Assembly: GCA_964016885.1 (NCBI GenBank)
Contig: OZ024742.1
Span: 301,754,001-301,818,000, forward strand
Length of the DNA stretch: 64,000 nt
Source: Eledone cirrhosa
Lineage: Eukaryota
Direction: 5' to 3'
This document shows, one piece after another, positions 36,132 through 49,568 of the stretch. Under the pieces are notes generated by a model. That model ran no database searches, was not told the DNA's origin, and worked only from the letters and a program-made list of their open reading frames with translations. Positions within the stretch are counted from its first letter, which is position 1. Each line of letters starts with the position of its first letter. A program made the translations under genes and the position numbers.

Positions 36132-39100
36132 CAAGTGTTAGGAAGGGCATCCAACCACTGTATCAATGCCAAAACGCTTATCAGCACAGCAACAAATAGG
36201 AACAACAACAAAATATGAAGACGTCGCATCTCAGAGTTGCAACACTTAATGCTGGCACTCTCAGAGGTAGATCTGGTGAAATAGCGGAGATGCTGGAGAG
36301 AAGGCATGTGGATATGTGCTGCGTGCAAGAAGTGAGATGGAGAGGTGCCTCTGCGAGACTAGTCGTAGGCAAACATCTTAGCTATAAGCTTTTCTGGGTA
36401 GGTAAGGATGATGGGTTAGGGGGAGTAGGCATTTTCCTGGCTGAGAGATGTATCAATAAGACAATAGAGGTAGTTCGAGTTAGTAATCGAATAATTAAGC
36501 TTAGATTAGTTGTAGGCAGAAGACTACTGACAATCATCTCTGCCTATGCTCCCCAAGCAGGCCTAGGCAAAGATGAGAAAGACTGCTTTTACGAGTAACT
36601 TTTACAAACAACCACAATGACAGAGAACGGAGACATCGTTATGCTAGCAGGGGACTTCAATGGTCATGTTGGACAGCTCCAGGATGGTTACACTGGGGTA
36701 CATGGTGGGCACGGTTACGGCTCAAGAAATGAAGAAGGAGTGAGACTTCTTGAATTTTGTGATGCAAGTACACTGACTATTTGCAACTCAAACTTCCAGA
36801 AACCTGCCAATCACCTAATAACCTACAAATCTGGCGAGCACATAAGCCAGATTGACTTCTTACTAGTTAGGCAGCGGGACAGGCAGATAGTGTCTAATAC
36901 CCTGGGGAAGAATGTACCCCATAGCATAGGTTAGTCGTTAGAGATATCTCAGTAAGTAAGAGATGGAATGAGACATACAGGAAGGTGTGGAGAAGAAAGG
37001 TCTGGAAGCTAAAAGACCTTTCACTAAAATACAAATTTAGGAAAGCCCTTCAAGATGTATATGATGAAAAAGAAGACGATTTAGAGACGTATGACATAGA
37101 TAATAATTGGAATTTCTTACGTGACAAGTTGCTGCAGGCTACTGAAGAAACTTGTGGCTGGAGCAGAGGTCCAACCAGACAAAGTGATCTGGTGGTGGAA
37201 CAGCACAGTAGATAAGGCCATTAGAGACAAAAGACTAGCATGGAAGGCTTGGAAAAAGGGTGGGAGTAGGGAAGAATATACAGCCGCTAAGAAAGAAGCT
37301 AGACGTCAGGTGTACTTAGCACACAGGGAGGCGGAGAGTAGGAGGTTTGCCAATGTTCTGCGACGGGAAGATCAGAGGCGTGCGGTGTTCCACATTGCAA
37401 GGCAGGATGTTGTTGGAGATAAATGTGTCCGGGATGATGCCGGTGTACTTAGTGCCACGAATGATCAGAAAAAGGAGGCCTGGAAATGTCATTATGAGAG
37501 ACTGATGAATGTGGAGAACGAATGGGAGAGAGAGAAATTACCCTTAGTAGATCCGACAGAGGGACCAACTATTGAGATTGACGAATATAGGGCCCAAGGG
37601 GCGATTAAGGAAATGAAAAATGGTAAGGCTGCTGGACCATTGGGAATAGTTGCTGAGATGCTGAAGGCATCAGGGGACGTAGGCACTAAACTGGTTGCAC
37701 ACATCATCAATCAGGTTATATATGGTGGTGTCATACCCAAAGACTGGTGCAGCAGTATTCTAATAAATTGCTACAAAGGTAAAGGGGATGCTCTGGAGAG
37801 GAGCAATTATAGGGGTATAAAACTGATGGATCAGGTTATGAAAGTGGCAGAAAGGATATTAGCACAACTAATTAGGGAAAGGGTCAAACTAGATGAGATG
37901 CAGTTTGGTTTTGTGCCTGGGAAGAGTACAACAGATGCCCTCTTCTTGGTGAGACAATTGCAAGAGAGGTTCTTAGAGAAAAATAAGCCACTATACTTAG
38001 CCTTTGTTGACCTAGAGAAGGCCTTTGATAGGGTACCCCGATCTGTCATCTGGTGGTCCCTAAGGAAACTAGGTGTTGAGGAATGGCTTGTGAGGACAGT
38101 GAAAACTTTGTCAGTAAAGTCAGGGTAGGAATGGAGTTTAGTGAGGAATTCCAGATACAAGTAGGAGTACATCAAGGTTCGGTCCTCAGCCCGCTCTTAT
38201 TCATTATAGTCCTCCAAGCCATAACAGAGGAGTTTAAGAGTGGCTGTCCATGGGAACTTCTCTATGCTGACGATCTGGTTCTTATAGCGGAGCTAGAGAA
38301 TAAATTCTGGCTATGGAAACAGCAGTTGGAAGCAAGAGGACTGAGAGTGAACCTAGCTAAGACAAAAGTGTTGATGAGTAGAAAAGGGGACAAAACTCTG
38401 ATTCCGTCAGGGAAATGGCCATGTTCGATATGCAGAAAAGGAACTGGCATAAATTCTATAAAATGCACACAATGCAGATCCTGGGTACACAAGAGATGTA
38501 GTGGGATAGCAGGCAAACTAATAGGTAGGGAGAAATATGTATGCAGTAGATGTACAAGGAAATTAGACACTAGAAGTCGCATTGATAGACACATTTTTCA
38601 AATGCAGGAGGGTGCTATAGAAGTGGTGGATAGCTTTCGGTACCTAGGAGATCAGATTAGCATGGGAGGAGGGTGTTCCGAGGCCATAGTAACTAGAATA
38701 AGGACGGGTTGGAAGAAGTTTAGGGAGCTGCTTCCTCTGCTGACGAAGAAGGGTTTCTCCCTGCGTACGAAAGGCCGGTTGTATGATGCCTGTGTGAGGA
38801 GCGCGATGCTGCATGGTAGTGAGACATGGGCAGCAACTGCAGAGGATATGCGACGGCTGGAGAGAAATGAGGCAAGCATGCTCCATTGGATGTGCAGTGT
38901 AAATGTGCTTGAACGACCCAGCATGAATGTGTTGAGAGAGAAACTGTGTCTGAGAGGGATAGAATGTAGTGTACGGGAGAGGAGACTGAGGTGGCATGGA
39001 CATGTGATGCGCATGGAGGATGACCGTTGGGTGAAGAAGTGCCAGGAAATGCCAGTTGAAGGAAGACGTGGTAGAGGTAGACCACGAAAAACATGTGCGG

Positions 39101-39229
39101 ATGTGGTGAGAACAGACCTCAGATCGCTGAAGCTCACGGTGGAGATGACGAAGGACCGTGACGAGTGGAGAGATGCTGTCCCACCCTTGCGAGCAGGGAA
39201 GAGCGGACGTAAAATGATGATGATGATGA
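36131..39229 (+). mobile_element. Near full-length RTE LINE (APE-RT-PHD-like finger), frameshifted
   Basis: ORFs 36215..39243 with APE and RT motifs (FVDLEKAFDRV, GVHQGSVLSP, YADD) and (TGA)n tail. Confidence 0.96.
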
Positions 39230-39849
39230 ACACTAACAAATAGTTTATCGCTCTACATGGCTGAATACAATAAATGTAATCTGAGTTTTTCGAATATTAA
39301 TAATAATATTAGATTTGTTTGCAATTATGCAAACAGCCTCTTTAAAGCCATGTCTGTAGAATGACCCCTGTCATGTGTTGGTATGCAAACAGAACTGCTG
39401 ACACTAATATTTCTGGGTGATTACCCTTCATCAGTACAGTATACTGTTTACCTGCTAACTGTCAGTGTTAGTGAAAATATGATATTTTCTAAAATATACA
39501 GTGACTAATTGGCCGGATTTGCATATTTAGCAGACTGCCCGATCAGTCAGATTTGCATATTAGTATACCCTCTGATATATATATACATATGTATTTTGAG
39601 TTCAAATCCTGTTGAAGTCAACTTTACCTTTCATTTTCCTGAAGTCTTCTTATTATTATCGAGCCGCTACACCACAGCCATCCAGTGTTGCACACAGATT
39701 AGGGTAAACGAGAAACTGCTCCATAGTTTGGGGACCACTGAAGGAACGTTCACGTCGCGGTCCTCATTAGATGAATTCTTTCATTTGCCAATCCTTCTCC
39801 CATGCTACACTACATCCTCTTGAAGTTAATAAAATAAAGTATCAGTCAA

Positions 39850-40910
39850 GTAGCATACAGGTTGGGGTCCTCCAGGGCTCTGTCCTTAGCCCTCTCCTGT
39901 TCATCATAGTCCTGCAGGCAATAACGGAGGAGTTTAAGACAAGATGCCCATGGGAACTCATGTATGCTGATGACCTCGCACTTATAGCTGAATCCATGGT
40001 AGAACTAGAGAAGAAATTCCAAACTTGGAAGCAGGGATTAGAAAGAAAGGGTCTCAAAGTCAACATGACAAAGACTAAGGTCCTTGTAAGTAGACAAGAA
40101 AACAGAACCCAGATCCCCTCAGGGAAATGGCCTTGCTCAGTATGTAGGAACTCCATTCTCTGCCCCAAATGCAAACAATGGGTACACAAGAGATGTAGCG
40201 GGATCTCAGGAAGCTTAATTAAGAATGTAGGCTTCACATGTAGCAGCTGTGCTGGGACAGCAAGCAGCAAACAGCCACAGGAAACAAGTACCACCAATCT
40301 CTGGGAGGGCTCTGTAGAAACAGTAGACAGTTTCTGCTACCTAAGTGACCGAATTAGCAGCGGAGGTGGGTGTTCAGAAAGTACAATAACTAGGGTAAGA
40401 ACGGGATGGAAGAAGTTCAGGGAACTACTGCCACTGCTAGCTGCAAAAGGCTTCTCCCTCAAAATGAAAGGCAGACTGTATGATGCGTGTATCCGAACAG
40501 CAATGTTACATGGTAGTGAGACCTGGGCGCTGAAGGTGGAAGACTTACGTAGATTAGAAAGAAACAAAGCCTGCATGCTCTGATGGATGTGTAATAGTAA
40601 TATACGCGAACGACAAAGCATAAATGAATTGAGAGAGAGATTGAGCATAAGAGGAATCAAATGTTGTGTGCAGGAGAGGCGGTTGCGATGCTATGGACAT
40701 GTGATACGTATGAAGGGTGACAGCTGCATAAAAAGGTGAAGAGCACTAGAAGTCAATGGAAACCGCGGAGTGGGGAGACCCAAGAAGACCTGGGATGAGG
40801 TGATAAAAGCCGACCTTACCCAATTACACCTCTCAAAGGCGATGACACACGACCGTGACCTCTGGCGTCACGCAGTAATACAGAGTACAAGCTGAAGCAT
40901 ATAGACAATA
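39850..40910 (+). mobile_element. 5'-truncated RTE LINE, sister subfamily
   Basis: ORF 39771..40583 GVLQGSVLSPLLF, YADD, Cys-rich finger. Confidence 0.92.
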
Positions 40911-41266
40911 TGCCCCCACACTCTCCCACTGCAAGGTGGTCGTGGAGGTGCCACGGCAAAAAAGCACCCAGCACTCACTGTAAATGAGGTTGGTGTTAGG
41001 AAGGGCATCCAGCTGTAGAAATCAAGTCAAAATCAGTTCCTGTATGAGCAAGGCATGGTCAGCCAACCAGACACTGCCCACAACAGGATAACCCGTCTAA
41101 CCCATGCTAGCATGGAAGAACGGACCTAAAACGGTGATGATGATGATGATGATGAGTCATGTAGCAGGGTTGATTTAATATTTTTAGGTAGCATCATCAC
41201 CCTAGATATAAATAAAATTATAAAAGGCAAGGTAAAGACAGTTATGAGAATGGTAGAATTTCAAAT

Positions 41267-41670
41267 ATGTCTTCTTCTTCTTCTTCTTCTTCTTCTTCTT
41301 CTTCTTCTTCTTCTTCTTCTTCAGTTGTCGGGGCAGAGTTCTCAAACACTCCTTCCAGCGGGTCATGTCAGAAGCTACCGTCTCCAACTAATCTGGCTGG
41401 ATCCCCAAGCGTGACCAGCCAAGCTCATGGATGTTATCCAACCATCTTGCTCGGGGTCTACCCCTGGGTCTCCTGCCGGTTGGTTTTGCCCGTAAAATCT
41501 GTCCAGCGATTCTTTCCTGAGACATTCTAACCACATGCCCATAGTATTGGAGCTGTGATCTATCAATTCAGAGAAGTAGCGGCTCTACTTGGAATGACTC
41601 TCTGATCTTTGAGCTACGCACATCATCGAGTAACATTACTCCAAAGACCCTTCAAAGGAATCTCATTTCA
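41267..41670 (-). mobile_element. RTE-clade 3' fragment with long (GAA)n tail
   Basis: Homologous to 32170-32560. Confidence 0.8.
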
Positions 41671-41902
41671 AAAAAGGAATTGTATTTCAAATATGTAATA
41701 TGTTAAATAGTCTCTAGTGTTAGTGTCAATGGAATATATGTATTACCTCCTGTAAAGTTGTTGGTGGTTGAATGGAGACAGTATTGTAGAGGGGATTTTT
41801 CAGTCTTGTCGAGTACATGACAACATTTCTAGTGCTGCTCACATGATAAAATGCACCCGTGGTTAAAAATGTATAGTTGTAGTCAATAATTTCATTATTA
41901 AA

Positions 41903-42240
41903 GTGGAGGCACATGGCTTAGTGGTTAGAGCATTGGGCTTGCAATCGAAAGGTTGTGAGTTCAATTCTCAGACCGGGTGATGTGTTGTTTCCTTGAGCAA
42001 GACACTTTATTTCACATTGCTCCAGTTTACTCAGCTGTAGAAATGAGATGATAGGGACTGGGGTCCATATCATTCCACTGCAAAGTGGTCGTGGAGGTGC
42101 CACGGCAAAAAAGCACCCAGCACTCACTGTCAATGAGGCTGGTGTTAGGAAGGGCATCCAGCTGTAGAAATCAAACCAGAATCAGTTCCCGTCCCACCCT
42201 TGCAAGCAGGGAAAAGCGGACGTAAAATGAAAAGATGATG
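41903..42240 (+). mobile_element. Full-length SINE family B (tRNA head + CORE-like + RTE-derived tail)
   Basis: TGGCTTAGTGG A box, GAGTTCAATTC B box, 3' end CCCACCCTTGCAAGCAGGGAAAAGCGGACGTAAAATGA. Confidence 0.85.
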
Positions 42241-42629
42241 ATTATATAATAATAACGAAATTATTATTATTATATAATCTTACTCTAGAAGTACAGTCAA
42301 CTTATAGGCGTTAACTCTTTTAAAGAGTCTATTTATATAAAAGGTTGTTAATATGTATAGAGCATGAGAGTAAGAAAGAGAGGAAGGGGTGGCGAGAGAA
42401 GGAAGCAAGAGAGAGGAGTAAAAGGAGGGGTGAGAAGAGAGAGTGGAGGAGGAGAGATCAACCATTACTTTCTAACAGCAAGACCTGACAAGATATCAGT
42501 TTTGTTTCATTGGAACATGTAGTTATTGTTGGGATATAGATCTTACTCCTGACGTCAATGATGTGTGACCTAATGTAACAGGGTGTGCTACCCACAGTAC
42601 ATAAATATATATAGCTATTGAACCATAAT

Positions 42630-43900
42630 GATTCTTTCTACTTTTGGCACAAAGCCAGCAATTATCCTAGTGCATTACTGGTTCTTTATTTTATCGACCC
42701 CGTAAGGATGAAAGGCAAAGTTAATCTCGGCGGGATTTGAACTCAGACCGTAAAAGGGCATAACTCTATGTTGCAATGCATGGCGTCCGACCCTCTACCG
42801 ACACTGCCAATCCACCATATAATAAGGGCGAATGAGTAGGGTTAAAGACCGACATTGTGGCCTGTTTATTGTTAAATAATATTTCCATTCATTTATCGTA
42901 GTAATTAATGGTGGATTGGAAGTATCAGTTGCGGGTCGGACGCCATGCTTTGACGCATAGAGTTACGGCCCTTTCCATTCTAAGTTCAAATCCCGCCAAG
43001 GTTAACTTTGCTTTTCATCCTTACGGGGTCGATAAAATAAAGTACTAGTAATGCACTGGGTAATTGCTGGCCTTGTGCCAAAAGTGAAAACAATTAATTT
43101 ACAATCGTTTCAGAAAGCAAATACCAACATGCAGGCTAGCTGGTGACAATCATGTAATACCAAACTATCAGCCTTGGAAATGTACATTTTCTCTGCTGAC
43201 CAAGTTCAGAAAGAAAATGGTTTGATATTTATTAATCTGATGAGTAAAAGGACCTCGTGGAAAGGAATAGAATATAAAACAGATAATATATTTTTGTGTA
43301 TTATATTTATAAGGTTCCTAGCAATAAATAATTGATTACATGTATATACTTCTAGTTAATCTTATGTATGATTCCGTAACTCTTGGGGGAGTCGTAAGGG
43401 TGCTGTTTTGACATACGGCGTTTCTGGGGCATTTTAAAATCTGGCGGAGCCCATTTCCTCTCCAGGTCTGAATGCAGTAGATTTCTTCTATAGAATGATA
43501 GAGAGTGATAAAAAGGAAGTGAGAAAGAGATATAGAGGAAGAATCGACTCCAGTATTTGACTGGTACTTTTTTTATCGACCTCGAATCGATGAAAGGCAA
43601 AATTGACCTTAGATTTAATCTTATGTATATATTTGTTATATGATAATTGCCAATTCTTAGTTGTAGAAATGACATTACGTTCCAGTATAAAATGTATGAC
43701 ATTATCAAAAATAATGCGATGGATTGGCAGAATCGGTAGAGCGTCGGACACCATGCTTTGTAGCATAGAGTTACGGCCCTTTGCGGTCTGAGTTCAAATC
43801 CCGCCGAAGTTAACTTTGCCTTTCATCCTTACGAGATCGATAAAATAAAGTACCAGTAATGCACTGGGTCGATTTGATCGACTTTCTCCTCCCCCAAAAT
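42630..43900. mobile_element. Three SINE family A copies (42630-42818 minus; 42910-43097 plus; 43719-43900 plus)
   Basis: Family A consensus. The first two are inverted about 90 bp apart. Confidence 0.8.
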
Positions 43901-44106
43901 AAAGCCCTAAAAGATAATAAATACATGAAATAATACTTTAAAACATAAAGAAAAGAAAGAAGAAAGAAATGTATAAAAGTCGATATTTTAGAGTGAATTC
44001 TGTTGCTCTTAGTGTTTCATTTAAATCAGTTATGTCACCATTTTCTTTTACATGGCAACATACTAAGTATAACAGCCAAATTCCCTCAAATCACACCCTA
44101 CCGTCA

Positions 44107-44149
<43 letters not shown>

Positions 44150-46620
44150 ACAAAAATATTGTTGAAGTTTTCGATATACAAGAAGATGGAATGGTCACGG
44201 CTGGAAGACCTTTGATTTTATGCTTGCTCAATAGGATTTACTTGGAACAACATGGACTCCTCTACACAAGACCTCCAAGAGAAATTTTGCAAGGCAGTAC
44301 AAGACCCCTTTGGGGCCCGAAGCAGGCAAAGATTTTTCTGAAAATTGATGTTGCATGATTGCTGTAGGGCCTTCTTAGCTCTTGGGCCCCGGAACAAAGT
44401 ACCGGCTGGACCCCCTCTCATTGGTCCTGCCTCTACATGGCTGCTCCCTCTGTTAGAAGTAGCAACCTAATCTTCCTCAAATCACACCCTACCTAATGCA
44501 GTGCGAAGAAAAGACATGACAATCATGGTTGGAATACCTTTGATTATAGATCTGAAACTGGGGCTATAATACACATATGTTTATCACATTTATTCCTAGA
44601 TTTCGTCAATGGGCACACATAAATCAATTACGACCGTAAGTTCGTGAGTTCGACCCCTGGCAGTGCGCTGTGTCCTTGAGCAAGAGACTTTATTTCATGT
44701 TGCTCCAGTCCCCTCAGCTGCCAACGGAGTTATACCTGTAGTTCAAAGGACTATCCATGGAAACAGCCTGTCACACTGAATTTCCCTGAGAATTTTGTTA
44801 ACGGTACACGTTTCTATAAAATGCTCAGCCACTTACACATTTATCAATCTAATTTCATGAACATGCTGTTCCGTTGATCGAACTGGAACATTCATCGTCG
44901 AAACCGACGGAGGTCCATTGCGCGCGTGTTTGTGAAAGAAAAAAAATGTTTGTAATTTTAAATGTTGCCCACCTGTACAGTGTATGTTGAGTGAATTAGC
45001 TTAGATTGAGGTGTCCCGAGACGTATACCTGTTGCTACGTTAGATGGGATCTCTAACGATACATTAATTCTTTGTGGACAGGCAACAAGTGGAATCCCTA
45101 GGCAAGACATTATCGTGTGGAGTAGGTGTCATGTTCTAGCAAGCAGACCTTTATATTCAACCTACCCCCTCCCTCTTGCCTTCAGCTCAGATTGTTATCA
45201 TTTCAAAGCAGGTACTTTACACACAACAATTAACATACATAGTACTGACAAGTGCACCCTCCCTCTACACACACACTTCTTTTTTATATTTACGCACTCA
45301 CGGCTACGAGCGTTGGAGTTTCAAGGAAACGAGTGTACTTATTTACACATCAATACATTTATAGAATAACCTTTACATAATAACACATAATATTCACCTG
45401 AAATAGCAATACACAGACACACACACATATATATATTCTGAATTCAGTATCGTTTCTTTTCTTAAATAATTTTCATTTTATTTGCAAAAAGAAAAAGAAA
45501 AAAAAACAGTTTCATTTCCTTTCACTATATTTGATATTATTTTACTGCCAAGAAAATGGAAAGAGTATGTATGTGATTAGAAAGTTAGTGTTTGCCATTC
45601 ACCTCTTGTCCACCCTTCACTGCAACTACTTTGCCTTATTCAGGTATGTGTGTGGCCACTGACAATCTACTACCACAGGTATTTCATGTTATCTACACAC
45701 ATCTCGCTTATATGGAATATTTACCAAGAACCACAGGATAAGCTACAAATCATTTGACAAAATAGATATTTTTCTTCAAAGATAAAAATAACAACTTATA
45801 TTTGAATATAACTTTAAAAAGTCTTTACACTAGTTTTAGCAACATCAACAAGTGTCCGGTTAAACTTCTAACAAATCTTTTTTCTTTCTTTCTATCTTAT
45901 CTGTATATTCTGTAAGGCTATATTTCCTCGTTCTCTTTACTGTCACTTGTTACGAACCTCTGTCACACAGTTAGTTATTCGTAACCCTTGCTTCTGTCCT
46001 TTTTACTTGTCCCTGTGACGATAAATTAGATTTCTCTAAGGAGAAAGGAAGACAGACAGATTAAAACAACAAAGCACACCTGATACAAGCCCCACTGATG
46101 AATCATTTAAGACAGGTAAATTTTATAGGAACAATCACACTTGAACATGTCTCATTGCGATAAATCTCCAAAACCGGGAAAGGTGAAAAACCCGCTTCAT
46201 TTTTTCGACAAGACGAAGAAAATTTCATAATCAAACATTAAGAATTTCTATAGCATTTGCTTTCAAACTGAGCATTTCATAATGAACTTGTGGATTATAT
46301 ATTAAACCAAATATATCTTCATGTCATAAAATGTCACAACCGTGTCCGGCTGTTTATTTTCTTTGGCTTTAAATACCAAATCTTACAGATTTTGTTTCAA
46401 CAACTTAATTTTTTCTTCTAACTGCTTAATTTGCACTCTAAAGTTTTTATTGAACATTTAATATATTGTTAATTTTTATTGTAAATTAATGAATAACAGT
46501 TTAAGTTTAGTTCTGCTCGTTATCTCGAAGAAGAATGTGCAAAATATAATTAGAGGAGGCTGAAATATCATTTAAATGAAGCTTGATAAGATGTTTTTAT
46601 AAGACTAGAAAACGGTGAAG

Positions 46621-47029
46621 ATGGATGTTAGAGCAACAGATACTTTGTGGTCAACTCCGACGACAGTTTGTAAATCAAATAACCATTTATCTAAACGTTC
46701 TCAATTACTATTAACCTCGCCAAAACCGAATTCTAGTCGACTAATGCGACATCAGGGTTTTAGCCGACCAATGTCAATGAAGGAACACTTAGCTAAACAG
46801 AAACTACCCTTCTGGGTGAGGCTGGTTTCAGGAAACCCCCGACGTTCATCAGAAACCTTGCATATGTCTGATGTTCGATCTAATTCTTCAGATGTAATCA
46901 GTGCTCCAATACAAATTTTAGAGATTCGTCGAAGAATATTTGTAATTGCCAGCAAGATGCAATGGGAAAGGAAAGTCCAGGATTACATAGTGACCGGGAA
47001 TGATCTCCCCATTCCACTTCATTTCACAG
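46621..47029 (+). CDS. Probable first coding exon of an uncharacterised CABIT-domain-like (GAREM/Themis-type) protein
   Basis: 136-codon non-repetitive ORF ending at a strong donor CAG|GTAAGT. LPFWVRLVSG and ...LPIPLHFTG resemble CABIT core motifs. Downstream exons were not identified in the window. Confidence 0.6.
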
Positions 47030-49379
47030 GTAAGTGTCACTTAAATACATAACTATATACTAATCAATGTGTAAAAGAAGGCTTTACAAATGTTCAATTG
47101 TTTTATTCAATTGTCGATATATTAACTTACTTATTATCAAGCTGTATGTTTGTGTTTGTTGATTTGTCGATATTATAACTTTTTTACTTCAAATTATTAC
47201 ACTCTAACACTTTTTTAAAGTACTGCATACATCGTTATATTTGGGGAGGGTCATGTTATAACGGGGTGTGCAACATATTCCATTGGTGGGCCACCTTTGA
47301 ATATTGGAACAACTATTAGGGCCAGTCACTGTCAAAAATATGTAATCTAATGAAAACCACAACTTTTTTCCATAACATGGAACTGGGAAATAATAACACA
47401 CATAACCCTATCAGTGAAGCTCTTTAGTATAGGTCAACTAACAGAAAATTGTATTACGGTTACGAAAGAAATTCTAAATAAGCCTACAAGGTAAAAACTA
47501 AAAACGGTCATCGCGGGCTACTCTGATTGTGGCCCGCGGCCGCCTGTTGCACACCCCGGTGTTATAATATTGCCAGAAATATATAATAAAACGCACTCCC
47601 CAAATATAACAACATTTGTTTCAACACACGATTTCATATCAAAAACCTTGTAAAACAAATTCACTGCATATATCTACTTAGTTTTATTCATGGTATAAAT
47701 TATATTGAGTCCAATGCTGTTAGATATTATTGGCTCGTTGATATTACCTGAAATCGAGGAAATATGAATGTAAAGTTTAGAAAGTTTGCGCATAATATAA
47801 TCTGTGTATATAGTTACATTTCCTTTTCTACCTAACAAACTGTAAACATACATTCACCTTTCCCCTTCTAACGTCTCCCCTCAGTGTCACTATCATGGGT
47901 GGGTTTTAATTTCAATTATATTTAATTGGGAATTTTTATTTTCTATGGAGGATTTCTGGCTAGTTTAGGTTTGTTGGTTTTAATTGTGGGACTAGTTTGT
48001 GTAAGGAATAATTATATATATTGTTTCCCTTCTCTTATACTGTGTGGATTATATATTGTATCATATCTCTGACATGAAGGGATTTTACTGTTGTGGTTTT
48101 AAATTTAATTATATTTAACTGGGTAATTTTGTTGTGTGCGGTGTGTTTTTGTTTAATTTGTATCTAGTTGTTGATTAGGGTCGTATAAAGAAACAAATAC
48201 ACACGCACACACACACAAATATATATATATATATTTATTTATTTACATAATAAACAACACAATATAATTATTCCATTATCAAAGGTTTCAAGATGAAATA
48301 GTTATCACTTAACACACACACGAGTCCTGGGTTCAATCGGAGGTACTCAGTACATTAGTAGAGTGTAAACATCAGAAATGGCCATTTCTATATTAAACAT
48401 GAGAGGAAAACGTTGAAGTTTCGTTTACATGTATTTAGTTTTTTTATCGTCTTGTTACTCGCCTAACCGTGAGCCAGCTCACAGCGAAACGTGCTTAAGT
48501 CGATACACAATAAAACAACTAAGTACATGTAAACGAAACTTCATCATTTTTCTTAATATATACAGTCTGTGCATCGAGTGCTCATTTTGGTACCACCAGC
48601 AGTAATTCACACTGAATCACATACGCTATATATAACATTGAATCGCGCGCGCACACATATATGTATGTATATATATATATGATATGTTGATTTAAAACTG
48701 CACTATCCATAAGTGTTTTTTTAACCTTCATATCATGTCTTCCTGTTTTATCTGATGAAAACACAAATATTATTGCATGATATTTGTTTTTGAAATGCGC
48801 ATAATAAAATACATGGAACTCTTATAACCATCTTTTGTTCTTATATATTATGTATATATATATGTGTGTGTGTGTGTATCTTCAATACAAAAGGGAAGTT
48901 TGTTATTCCAATTCAATCTTTAATTTCTACAATCGTTCCTATGAGGATTATATATGTATAACACAATTAGGAAGTAACTATCTGGTTGTATCAAACACAC
49001 ACACACACACTTTAATGGTTTGTAACTTTGTTACTATTACTATTGGTTCACCAACTTGAGCCCTTGATGCATAAGTGGGTATGTTTTAGTATAATATGTG
49101 TACATTTGGTGTTATACTATAGTCGGTCTCTTTTATAAGGAGAGTGTATGTAAATGAGCCAAATCCCGAAGGTTACAGTGTAAATACAAGGAAATTTAGA
49201 TAATAATTTTTTTGGAAAAAAACATTTCTTAAAAAATTATATAGTTTCTGATTTTGTAACTTCACATCCTTGGGATGAAGTTCTACTGGCTAAAACATGT
49301 GTTAGTTTAATAGCATATTGACTCTTTGGTGTTTCTTAATCTTTTATATATCATCATCATCATCATATATATAGATAGA

Positions 49380-49568
49380 TAATTGTTTCTACTTTTGGCA
49401 TAAGGCCAGCAATTATCCCAGTGCATTACTAGTACTTTATTTTATTGACCCCCGTAAGGATGAAAGACAAAGTTAACCTTGGCAGAATTTGAACTCAGAC
49501 TGTAAAGGGACGTAACTATATGCTGCAAAGCATAGGATCAGACTCTCTGCCAATACTGTCAATCCACC
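49380..49568 (-). mobile_element. SINE family A
   Basis: Reverse complement of the family A consensus. Confidence 0.8.

Noticed and set aside
38262-39239. Long antisense ORFs over RTE (also 61222-62322 and 39842-40660)
   Set aside because: Shadow frames of LINE coding sequence with no independent motif.
41903-41980. tRNA gene
   Set aside because: A/B boxes run directly into a SINE body and no clean cloverleaf is seen. The same holds for the other SINE heads.
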